From an uncultured Acidobacteriota bacterium (GTDB lineage Bacteria; Acidobacteriota; Vicinamibacteria; Vicinamibacterales; UBA8438), in contig CAJWLU010000008.1 of NCBI GenBank assembly GCA_913043225.1, positions 64,001-128,000 on the forward strand: a stretch of DNA of 64,000 nt, written 5' to 3'. Each line of letters opens with the position of its first letter. Position 1 is the first letter of the stretch. The notes below the pieces were generated by a model. That model saw only the letters and a program-made list of their open reading frames with translations, ran no database searches and had not been told where the DNA came from. A program made the translations under genes and the position numbers. Positions 27,845-36,523 of this stretch are shown here, piece after piece.

Positions 27845-30160
27845 ATGGCAGACGACATCGACCGATTCGATTGTGGCAGGGCTGACCAGACCGCGAGGCG
27901 CCGGCGCGTCGCGTTGGGCTGGGTGCGTGCCCTCTCGTTGCTCACCGTGGCTGTCTGTGTCGACACCGTGGCCGCCCAGCCGCCGTTGTCCGGGTCTCCA
28001 TACGATAGCCACGAGCGGATGCTGGCCGTGCTCCAGCTCGTTGCGACCAATACGTCTGACATCCCGTATATCGGAGACGGCGCGGCGATGCGGCTCCGAT
28101 CTCAGCTCAGCGCGCTTCCCGCGACGGCTCCTGCTGCCGAGCGCTGGCAGCTGATGATGGTGCTGGCCGAGGAGGAGTTACGTCTCGGCAACGAGGCCGA
28201 GTCTTTACGTCTGCTGACCGAGGCTCTCGCCCTGGTGCCGAACGCCGAGGAGAACCGCGTCGGGATCAACTTCAACCACTACCGCCTGGGCATCGCCTAT
28301 CTACGACTGGCCGAGACCCAGAACTGCGTGCTGCATCCGAATGCCGAAGCCTGCATTCTTCCTCTCCGCGAGGGGGGGATTCACAGCCAGCAGACGCCGG
28401 CCCGGCAGGCCATCGCCGCGTTCCTCGAAGTGCTCGAGCATGCTCCGGCCCCATCTGCGCCGGCGTCCGCTCTCGACGCGACGACCCAGCAGCACTTCGC
28501 GACGCGCTGGCTGCTGAACATCGCCTACATGACCGTGGGAGGGTATCCGGACGAAGTGCCCAAGGCCTATCTGATTCCGCCGGCCGCCTTCGAATCGGCC
28601 GAGGCAATTCCTCGCTTCGACAACATCGCGCCAAACCTTGGGCTGGCGACCTACGACATGTCCGGCGGGGCGATCGTCGACGATTTCGACAACGACGGCT
28701 TTCTGGATCTTGTGGTCTCGACCTGGGATACCCGGGGACAGCTTCGCTTCTTTAGGAACAACGGGGACGGCAGCTTCTCCGAACGTACGTCCGAGGCGGG
28801 GCTCGACGGGCTGTATGGCGGCCTGAACATCATTCAGGCCGACTACGACAACGATGGCAACATGGACTTCCTCGTCACCCGCGGGGCGTGGCAGGCCGAG
28901 CTCGGTCGTCGGCCCAACTCCCTGGTACGGAACAACGGCGATGGGACGTTCACCGACGTGACGTTCGACGCAGGGTTGGGGCGGGTGCACTACCCCAGCC
29001 AGACGGCGTCGTGGGGCGACTACGACAACGACGGTGACCTCGATCTGTACGTTGGCAACGAGATGACCCAGACCGTCTACGCTCCCAGTCAGCTCTTCCG
29101 CAACAACGGCGACGGTACCTTCATCGATGTGGCCGAGGCGGCGGGGGTGAGGAACCTGGCACGCGCCAAGGCGGTCGTCTGGGGCGACTACGACGCCGAT
29201 GGTCTGCCGGACCTCTACGTGTCTAACTTCGGGCAGGCCAATCGGTTGTATCGGAACACGGGGGACGGGACCTTTGTGGATGAGGCGGCACGTCTGGGGG
29301 TGGCCGAGCCAATCGGGAGTTTTCCGGCCTGGTTCTGGGACGTGGACAACGACGGCCGCCTGGATCTGTATGTCTCCGCCTACACCGCCGACATCGAGCA
29401 CCTGGCGGCCGACGCCTTGGGTGTGCCAGTCAATATCCCGATGTCGCGTTTGTACCGGGGGGCTGACGACGGGAGATTCGAGGAGGTGGCCGAGAACTAC
29501 GGTCTGAGGGAGCCGGCCGCGGCCATGGGAGCCAACTTCGGCGACCTCGACAACGATGGCTATCTCGACTTCTACCTCGGCACCGGCTATCCGGATTACC
29601 ACACCGTGATGCCGAACCTGATGTATCGCAATCAGGCTGGGCGTGGTTTCTCGAATGTCACCTACTCGGGCGGATTCGGCCATCTGCAGAAGGGACACGC
29701 CGTCGCGTTCGCGGATCTCGACAACGATGGCGACCAGGACGTGTTCGAGCAAATGGGGGGAGCCTTTCCTGGCGATCGGTTCGGTAATGCGCTGTACGAG
29801 AACCCGGGCTTCGGGAACCGTTGGGTCACCGTCAAGCTGCAGGGCGTACGTTCTAACCGTTCGGCGGTCGGCGCCCGTATTCGAGTGGTCGTCGTTGACG
29901 AGACCGGGGCGGGGCAGCGCTCCATCTATCGCCATGTGAACAGCGGCGGTAGTTTTGGCGCCAATCCGCTCCGTCAGACCATCGGCCTTGGTGACGTGTC
30001 TCGTATCGAGCGGCTCGAGGTGTTTTGGCCTACCACCGGTCTGACCCAGACGTTCGTCGATGTCCCGATCGATACCGGCATCCACATCGTCGAAGGCGAG
30101 GAGTCCTATTCCCAGCTTGGGATGATGACGCTCGCGCTCGGCTCGCGGGCCGCGGAGTGA
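27845..30160 (+). CDS. CRTAC1-family protein with N-terminal helical/TPR-like extension, copy 2
   Basis: LAETQNCVLHPNAEACILP; FG-GAP repeats; GFGHLQKGH; SGGSFGANP; start uncertain (27728 alternative). Confidence 0.85.
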   Translation: MADDIDRFDCGRADQTARRRRVALGWVRALSLLTVAVCVDTVAAQPPLSGSPYDSHERMLAVLQLVATNTSDIPYIGDGAAMRLRSQLSALPATAPAAERWQLMMVLAEEELRLGNEAESLRLLTEALALVPNAEENRVGINFNHYRLGIAYLRLAETQNCVLHPNAEACILPLREGGIHSQQTPARQAIAAFLEVLEHAPAPSAPASALDATTQQHFATRWLLNIAYMTVGGYPDEVPKAYLIPPAAFESAEAIPRFDNIAPNLGLATYDMSGGAIVDDFDNDGFLDLVVSTWDTRGQLRFFRNNGDGSFSERTSEAGLDGLYGGLNIIQADYDNDGNMDFLVTRGAWQAELGRRPNSLVRNNGDGTFTDVTFDAGLGRVHYPSQTASWGDYDNDGDLDLYVGNEMTQTVYAPSQLFRNNGDGTFIDVAEAAGVRNLARAKAVVWGDYDADGLPDLYVSNFGQANRLYRNTGDGTFVDEAARLGVAEPIGSFPAWFWDVDNDGRLDLYVSAYTADIEHLAADALGVPVNIPMSRLYRGADDGRFEEVAENYGLREPAAAMGANFGDLDNDGYLDFYLGTGYPDYHTVMPNLMYRNQAGRGFSNVTYSGGFGHLQKGHAVAFADLDNDGDQDVFEQMGGAFPGDRFGNALYENPGFGNRWVTVKLQGVRSNRSAVGARIRVVVVDETGAGQRSIYRHVNSGGSFGANPLRQTIGLGDVSRIERLEVFWPTTGLTQTFVDVPIDTGIHIVEGEESYSQLGMMTLALGSRAAE

Positions 30161-30171
30161 TACCGGGCGGC

Positions 30172-31938
30172 ATGCGCGGCTTTAGGTCCTTGGCAGCCGG
30201 GTGTGGCGTGCTGGCTCTCGTGGCGTGCGCGGGTGAGCCCCCGGCGCAGACGACTTCGACGGCGACCCCGATGCCCCAGCCCCCGGGGCCACCCGTGTTC
30301 CGGGATGTCGCCCTCGACACCGGTCTCGATTTCACCCATGTAATCGGCGCCTCTGGCGCCTATTTCCTCCCAGAGATTATGGGAGCCGGCGTCGCGCTCG
30401 TCGACTACGATGGCGACGAAGACTTGGACATCTACTTGCTGCAAGGGACGCGGTTGGGCTCAGTCGAGACAGATGAGCCAGCGGCCGGGGATGACGTCCA
30501 GGAAACGGGGCATCGCCTGTTCCGGAACGAACTCTCCGAGACCGGTCGTCTTGGTTTCATCGACGTGACCGACGACGCCGGCGTCGGGCTCAGGGAATAC
30601 GGGATGGGTGTGGCGGTCGGCGATATCGACAACGACGGCGACCCCGATCTCTATGTGACCGCTTTCGGCAGGAACGTGCTCTATAGGAACGATGGAGACG
30701 GCTCGTTCAGCGACGTGACCGCTGCCGCCGGTGTTGACGACCGACGCTGGAGTGCCAGTGCGTCGTTTCTGGATTATGACCGCGACGGGCGACTCGATCT
30801 CTTTGTGACGAACTACGTGGACTTCGCTGTCCTCGACAACACCGAGTGCTACGGCGTGGAGGGCAAGCGCGACTACTGCAATCCCTTGTCGTATTCACCT
30901 GTGCCAGATCGTCTGTTTCGCAATGCCGGGGACGGCACGTTCACGGATGTCTCTGGGAGTTCCGGCATCCAGCGGGCGTTCGGGAGCGGTCTCGGCGTGG
31001 TCGCCGCCGACTTCAATGGCGATGGCTGGCCAGACATCTATGTTGCCAACGACGGCAATGCGAACCAGTTGTGGCAGAACAACAAGGACGGGACATTCAC
31101 CGATGTCGCCCTGCTCTCGGGCACGGCCTACAACGCGAACGGCGATGCGGAAGGTGGGATGGGCGCGACGGCGGGTGACGTTGATGGCGACGGCGACGAA
31201 GATCTCTTCGTTTCACATCTGGGCGAGGAAACCAACACGCTCTACGTGAATGGTCGCGAGGGGGTGTTCCGAGATGACACGCTCCGTTCGGGGTTGGGTG
31301 CGGCGAGTATCGGGTACACGGGGTTTGGCGCACGGTGGTTCGACTATGACCAGGACGGGTCGCTGGATCTGTTCGTGGCCAACGGTGCGGTCAGCAACGT
31401 CGAATCGCGTCGAGGCACACCGTATCCATTCCAGCAACGTAACCAGCTGTTCCGTGGTCTCGGTGACGGCCGTCTCGCCGAGGTTCGAGGTGACGCCGGG
31501 TCGGCGATTGAATTCGTGGAGGTCTCTCGTGGGGCCGCGTTCGGGGACGTCGACAATGATGGGGACGTTGATATCGTCGTCTCCAACAACAACGGCCCGG
31601 TGCGGCTTCTGTTGAACGAGGCTGGCCCGCCGGCTGGGTCACTGAGCCTTCGTTTCGAAGGCGTCGACAGCAGCCGCGATGGTATCGGTGCCCGGGTTGC
31701 GCTGCTTAGGGTTGATGCCGATCCGATCTGGCGCCGGGTACACCGAGACGGAAGCTATCTCAGTGCGAGCGACCCTCGGGTGGTCTTTGGACTGGGCGAC
31801 GGAGGCGAAGAGGCTGTCGAAGGGATTGGAGTCGTCTGGCCAGACGGGACGCGCGAGCGCTGGGCGCGCGGCGACCTTGAATCGGGTACGACCCGCCTAC
31901 GTCAGGGATCCGGGCAGCCCTGGCTGGCTGGAACGTAA
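30172..31938 (+). CDS. CRTAC1-family lipoprotein, copy 3
   Basis: Lipobox LVAC; FG-GAP repeats; GSYLSASDPRVVFGLG; close paralogue of copy 1; GTG at 30157 is an alternative start. Confidence 0.88.
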   Translation: MRGFRSLAAGCGVLALVACAGEPPAQTTSTATPMPQPPGPPVFRDVALDTGLDFTHVIGASGAYFLPEIMGAGVALVDYDGDEDLDIYLLQGTRLGSVETDEPAAGDDVQETGHRLFRNELSETGRLGFIDVTDDAGVGLREYGMGVAVGDIDNDGDPDLYVTAFGRNVLYRNDGDGSFSDVTAAAGVDDRRWSASASFLDYDRDGRLDLFVTNYVDFAVLDNTECYGVEGKRDYCNPLSYSPVPDRLFRNAGDGTFTDVSGSSGIQRAFGSGLGVVAADFNGDGWPDIYVANDGNANQLWQNNKDGTFTDVALLSGTAYNANGDAEGGMGATAGDVDGDGDEDLFVSHLGEETNTLYVNGREGVFRDDTLRSGLGAASIGYTGFGARWFDYDQDGSLDLFVANGAVSNVESRRGTPYPFQQRNQLFRGLGDGRLAEVRGDAGSAIEFVEVSRGAAFGDVDNDGDVDIVVSNNNGPVRLLLNEAGPPAGSLSLRFEGVDSSRDGIGARVALLRVDADPIWRRVHRDGSYLSASDPRVVFGLGDGGEEAVEGIGVVWPDGTRERWARGDLESGTTRLRQGSGQPWLAGT

Positions 31939-31972
31939 CGGGAGGGCGCGTCCCACAAGTAAACTGGGTATC

Positions 31973-33505
31973 GTGACTGCGAAGAGACGACGGAAGAAGC
32001 CGGTCGGTCGCACACGGGGGCGTGGTCAAGGGCAGGAAGGGAGCGCTCGCTCTGTCTCTGATGTGGGACACCGTTCGGTGTTGACCACTAGGAGAGTGGT
32101 GTACGGGGCCATGGTGGCGGGCCTCGTCCTCTTCTTGTCGGTTGCTGCTGGGCAGTTCTCGTTCCTTAGCGACCGACAGCCGGCCAGTGTCGAGGCTGGT
32201 CTATCCGAGCCGGTGGACGCTCCGGCGGAGTCTGAGTCTGTCCAGACGCCGACCCTGCCGCTCCCTACAAGCTCGAGCTCCGAGCTAGCCATACCGGTTA
32301 ATGACCCCGTGCTGGTAATGGATCCATGGGCGCGCTATGCCTCCAACGAGCTGCTTGGCAAGGTTCTGTTGCCAGAAGGGAGCGACGCGTCGGTTGGTGA
32401 CGGCGGAGTTGGCTCGGCCGGGTTCGTGGGTCCGCAGGCCTGCGCTGAGTGCCATCGGGGCCGTTATGAGGGCTTTGTCGAGACGTCCCACTATCATTCC
32501 TCTCAGGTCGCCACGGCCGACACGGTCATGGGGGCCTTCGAGACGCCGAGTAACCAGGTGGCGACCCGGGTGCGTCAGCTGGGCTACCGAATGGACACTC
32601 GTCCCGACGGTCTCTACCAGACGGTCGTCGTTGATGGTCGAGATGCTCACGCCGAGCGGATGGACATCGTCGTGGGGTCAGGCAAGATTGGGCAGAGCTA
32701 CTTGTACTGGCGTGATGATGAGCTATTTCAGCTCCCGATCTCCTATCTCACGACGCCGGATTCGTGGATGAATAGTCCGGGCTACCCGGACGGGATGGCC
32801 GACTTCAAGAGGCCGGTGGTCGGCGGATGTCTCCAGTGCCACTCGACATGGTTCGAGGCCAGGAGCGCCGATTTGATGAATCACCGCTTCCTCCCCGAAG
32901 GGTTCGTACTGGGGGTCACCTGCGAGCGCTGCCACGGTCCTGGCGAGGACCACGTCGCCTACCACCGGGCTCAGCCGGATGATCGTGAAGCCCGACACAT
33001 CGTCCACCCGGGCCAGTTACCGAATGAGCGGTTGACTGATATCTGTCGCCAGTGCCACGGCGGGCTCGCGTCACCGACGCGTGCACCTTTTTCGTTCCGC
33101 CCTGGGGAGGATTTGAACGATTACATCGAGCCCCCAGCCGGTCGGCCGGGTATCCATACCAACAATCAGATGCAGCAACTGAGTCTGAGCCGCTGCTTCC
33201 AGGAGAGCGCGGACATGTCGTGCATTACTTGCCACAATCCGCACCAGAACGAACGTGGCAACGACGCGCTGTTCGCCATCCGTTGCCAGCAGTGCCACGA
33301 GGCGGCTGATCATCCACTCGAGTCAACCGTTGGCGCGACAGCGCTTGGCGAGAACTGTACGAGTTGCCATATGCCCAAGAGCCCGTTGTTAGAGACTCCT
33401 CTGCGATCGAGCGAGGGTGTGGTGTTTCCGGAGATGGTCGATCACTTCATCCGGACTGGAGTCAGCGATCAGGATCTTGTGGAGAGGCTAGCGTCAGAAC
33501 GCTAG
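31973..33505 (+). CDS. Membrane-anchored heptaheme c-type cytochrome
   Basis: Seven CXXCH: CAECH, CLQCH, CERCH, CRQCH, CITCH, CQQCH, CTSCH; basic N-terminus, TM helix, Ser/Pro linker; start uncertain. Confidence 0.88.
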   Translation: MTAKRRRKKPVGRTRGRGQGQEGSARSVSDVGHRSVLTTRRVVYGAMVAGLVLFLSVAAGQFSFLSDRQPASVEAGLSEPVDAPAESESVQTPTLPLPTSSSSELAIPVNDPVLVMDPWARYASNELLGKVLLPEGSDASVGDGGVGSAGFVGPQACAECHRGRYEGFVETSHYHSSQVATADTVMGAFETPSNQVATRVRQLGYRMDTRPDGLYQTVVVDGRDAHAERMDIVVGSGKIGQSYLYWRDDELFQLPISYLTTPDSWMNSPGYPDGMADFKRPVVGGCLQCHSTWFEARSADLMNHRFLPEGFVLGVTCERCHGPGEDHVAYHRAQPDDREARHIVHPGQLPNERLTDICRQCHGGLASPTRAPFSFRPGEDLNDYIEPPAGRPGIHTNNQMQQLSLSRCFQESADMSCITCHNPHQNERGNDALFAIRCQQCHEAADHPLESTVGATALGENCTSCHMPKSPLLETPLRSSEGVVFPEMVDHFIRTGVSDQDLVERLASER

Positions 33506-33931
33506 GTCGTCGACGAGGCCCGTGACGGCGCGTAGAGCGAACCGGAGTTCTTGCTGATTGTCCTTGTCGAGCCGCATTCTGAGTGCGCCCTGTGGGAGTG
33601 CGCCTGCTCGGATCGTTAGCCAGTGGGTGCGTGGGCGCGTGCCGACGATCCCACCCCAACGCGAGCCTTCTTCGACCGAGTAGGCCAGTGCGGTGACCTG
33701 ATCGATGGGGATAACCGCATAGACCGCCCGTTCCATTCCACGCTTTTCATCGACGAGACGGATCTCACCGGCATCTGCGTCGATCTCGAGCCGCGCATCC
33801 CGCTTCTTCTCGTCTCCACCCCCGTCGGTCACGAAGACGTCCACCTTCCGGAATTCCTGAACGTCGGAGGCGTTGAGTGCCGGCACGGCCAGCGTTGAGA
33901 GCGTCGCGATCACGATGAGTCGACAGGTCAT
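33494..33931 (-). CDS. Small secreted hypothetical protein (possibly PH-like fold)
   Basis: Signal peptide; GGAAAA upstream of the ATG; HWLTI..MRLDKDN. Confidence 0.6.
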   Translation of the reverse strand: MTCRLIVIATLSTLAVPALNASDVQEFRKVDVFVTDGGGDEKKRDARLEIDADAGEIRLVDEKRGMERAVYAVIPIDQVTALAYSVEEGSRWGGIVGTRPRTHWLTIRAGALPQGALRMRLDKDNQQELRFALRAVTGLVDDLAF

Positions 33932-34045
33932 CAGCTTTTCCTGTGCTCTATAGTATGTCCGCGCTGCGCTAAACGACGAACTGCGATTTTCGGAGTGAGT
34001 AAATGCTCACCTTGTTCAGAGAACAGATATAGACTGGTCAGAACG

Positions 34046-36490
34046 ATGTACTCTCATGTTCTCCGCACGCTGCCACTGGCCCTGTTCGCGAGCGTTGCCG
34101 CGGCGCAGCCGTTCGAACACGACCTCCGTCCGCTGGTACGCGATTCGTGCGTCCGGTGCCACGGCGTTCGCACCGTTACGCCGCTGAACCTAGTCGATCT
34201 GGATTATGACCTGACCGACCGCGAGACCTTTGCCACCTGGGAGAAGGTGTACGAGCGGCTTGAGCGGGGTGAGATGCCGCCCGACACGGCTCCCCAGCCG
34301 GCGCGGGCGATGGTTGACGCGGCGTTGACGTCGCTCGGGTCGGCGTTGACCGACGCGAACCTGTCAGCCCGCGGCGGCCAGCGCACGCCGCTCCGGCGGC
34401 TCACTCGCCTAGAGTACGGTTTCACGATAGCTGACCTGCTCGGCGTGGACGAGGCACTGGGGGCTGAGCTCGCGCAGCTGTTGCCGGCCGAAGCTGATTC
34501 TGGTGGGTTCGACACCGTGGCCGCCAATCAGGCAATGTCGCCCCTGCACGTGCAGAGCTATCTCGCGGCCGCCGATGCTGCGCTCGACGCGGCGCTTCAG
34601 GTGGGAGCCCCACCGCCGATCGAGGCCCGCGTCCGGAACTATCGTCAGTCTGACTATCTGGCTCTGCTCGAAGGTTGTGACTTCCGGGCGTGTGGTGCGA
34701 TCCGTCAGCTCGACGACGCCTACGTTGCCTTCTCTGAGGTCGCCTCTACCTTCTCATTCCATACCGGCTGGGCTTCCGAGTTGATCGAGATTCCCGCACC
34801 CGGTCGCTATAGGGTCTCGGTCGAGGCCTATCCGTTTCAGGCCGATACGGTGGTCACGCTGGCGCTCTATCAGGGGCGTCTGGTCGCGGTGAACGCTGCC
34901 ATGAACCGGCTGATCGCCACTATGGATCTGGTCGGCGACGAGAGCCGGACGTTGGAGGTGACACCGTTCCTCTATCCGGGTGATCTGATTGCCCCGGTGC
35001 CATTCGACAACGAGGCGCCTCCAGGAGACCGGCCCGAGAACTACTTCGCTCCGGAGAAGCACGTGCGGGACTATGAGGGTGAAGGCATCGCACTGAAGTC
35101 GATCACGATCGACGGTCCTCTCTATGACTCGTGGCCGCCCCCGAGCACGCATGCCCTGCTGTCTGGGATCATGTTCGATGCGAACCACAACGTCGTGCTC
35201 TCGAAGACACCCTACGAGCACGTGGTGGACGTCGTCGAGCGGTTCGCGCCCCTGGCCTTCCGTCGGCCGCTGGCTGAGGGCGAGCTCGAAACGTATGCAA
35301 GCTTGGCCGAGCCGCTGCTCGCCGAGGGCCGCTCCTTCGTCGACGCGGTGCGAGTGCCGTTGCGGGCGGTGCTGAGCGCACCCGCGTTCCTGTTCCACGG
35401 GGCGGCCGGGGCGTCCGGTGCGCTCGACGACTTCGAATTGGCCACGCGGCTGTCGTATTTTCTGTGGCGGAGCCAGCCTGACGAAGTGTTGTTCGAGCTG
35501 GCGCACTCGGGGCGGCTGTCGAATCCGGAGATCTTGTCCGGGGAGGTCGAACGGATGCTCGACGATCCGAAGGTCGAGCGGTTCGTACACGACTTTTTTG
35601 GGCAGGCACTGCGGCTGAACGAGTTGCGCGCCACGAGTCCGGATCCCGGTCTCTACCCGGAGTACGACGACCGTCTGGGGCAGGCGATGGAGCAGGAGAC
35701 GCAGCTGTTCCTCGCCGAGTTGATCGCGACCGATGAGGGCGTGGACAGTCTCATCGATGCGGAGTTCACCTTCCTGAACCGTCGACTGGCAGAGCACTAC
35801 GGCGTCGAAGGGGTCACCGGCACCGAGATGCGCCAAGTGACACTGCCGGCCGAGAGCCCGCGCGGAGGTCTGCTGACGCAGGCCAGCATCCACAAGATCA
35901 CGGCGAACGGCACGACGACGTCTCCAATCCCGCGCGGCAACTTCGTGCTGTCGAACCTGCTGGGTCGGCCTGCACCCCCACCGCCTGAGGCAGTCGGCGC
36001 GCTCGAACCGGACACCCGGGGTACTACGACTATCCGCGAACAGCTCGACGCACATCGGAACAGCCCGGTGTGCGCCAGCTGTCACCGCTCCATCGATCCG
36101 CCCGGCTTCGCGCTCGAGTCGTTCGACCCGATCGGTGGGTTCCGTACTCGCTATCGGGTCTCTGGGGGACCGGACGTCGACCGCGGGAACGGGGATCTTC
36201 AGCCTGCTCTCTACGCGGAAGGTCCGGCGGTGGACGCAAGCGGCATCACTCTTGGCGGGCAGCGGTTCACCGGGCTCGAGGAGTACAAGGCGCTGTTGCT
36301 TGAGACCGAGCTCGACGCCGTCGCACGGCACCTCACCACGGAGTTCTTCGTGTTCTCGACCGGCGCCGAGGTAGAATTCGCCGACCGGCCGGCGATCGCA
36401 GCGATCGTGGATGCCGGTCGCACGGACCGTTATCCAATCCGCAGCATGATTCACGGCGTCGTCGCGAGCGATTTATTTCGTCAGCGGTAG
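34046..36490 (+). CDS. DUF1592-family c-type cytochrome protein, paralogue P3
   Basis: Signal peptide; CVRCH and CASCH; same scaffold as P1. Confidence 0.9.
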   Translation: MYSHVLRTLPLALFASVAAAQPFEHDLRPLVRDSCVRCHGVRTVTPLNLVDLDYDLTDRETFATWEKVYERLERGEMPPDTAPQPARAMVDAALTSLGSALTDANLSARGGQRTPLRRLTRLEYGFTIADLLGVDEALGAELAQLLPAEADSGGFDTVAANQAMSPLHVQSYLAAADAALDAALQVGAPPPIEARVRNYRQSDYLALLEGCDFRACGAIRQLDDAYVAFSEVASTFSFHTGWASELIEIPAPGRYRVSVEAYPFQADTVVTLALYQGRLVAVNAAMNRLIATMDLVGDESRTLEVTPFLYPGDLIAPVPFDNEAPPGDRPENYFAPEKHVRDYEGEGIALKSITIDGPLYDSWPPPSTHALLSGIMFDANHNVVLSKTPYEHVVDVVERFAPLAFRRPLAEGELETYASLAEPLLAEGRSFVDAVRVPLRAVLSAPAFLFHGAAGASGALDDFELATRLSYFLWRSQPDEVLFELAHSGRLSNPEILSGEVERMLDDPKVERFVHDFFGQALRLNELRATSPDPGLYPEYDDRLGQAMEQETQLFLAELIATDEGVDSLIDAEFTFLNRRLAEHYGVEGVTGTEMRQVTLPAESPRGGLLTQASIHKITANGTTTSPIPRGNFVLSNLLGRPAPPPPEAVGALEPDTRGTTTIREQLDAHRNSPVCASCHRSIDPPGFALESFDPIGGFRTRYRVSGGPDVDRGNGDLQPALYAEGPAVDASGITLGGQRFTGLEEYKALLLETELDAVARHLTTEFFVFSTGAEVEFADRPAIAAIVDAGRTDRYPIRSMIHGVVASDLFRQR

Positions 36491-36523
36491 AGCAAGGCTG
36501 GAGCCGCGGCGGCAGGAGGCAGG

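Noticed and set aside
28301..30085. Long antisense ORFs (also 34754-36454, 42583-44112, 17163-18404, 11043-12221)
   Set aside because: Shadow ORFs expected opposite high-GC genes; no motifs, and the sense-strand genes are well supported
21851..31938. CRISPR array or DNA tandem repeats suggested by recurring GACAACGACGG-like strings
   Set aside because: They encode in-frame DxDxDG FG-GAP repeats of CRTAC1 proteins; there is no repeat-spacer periodicity
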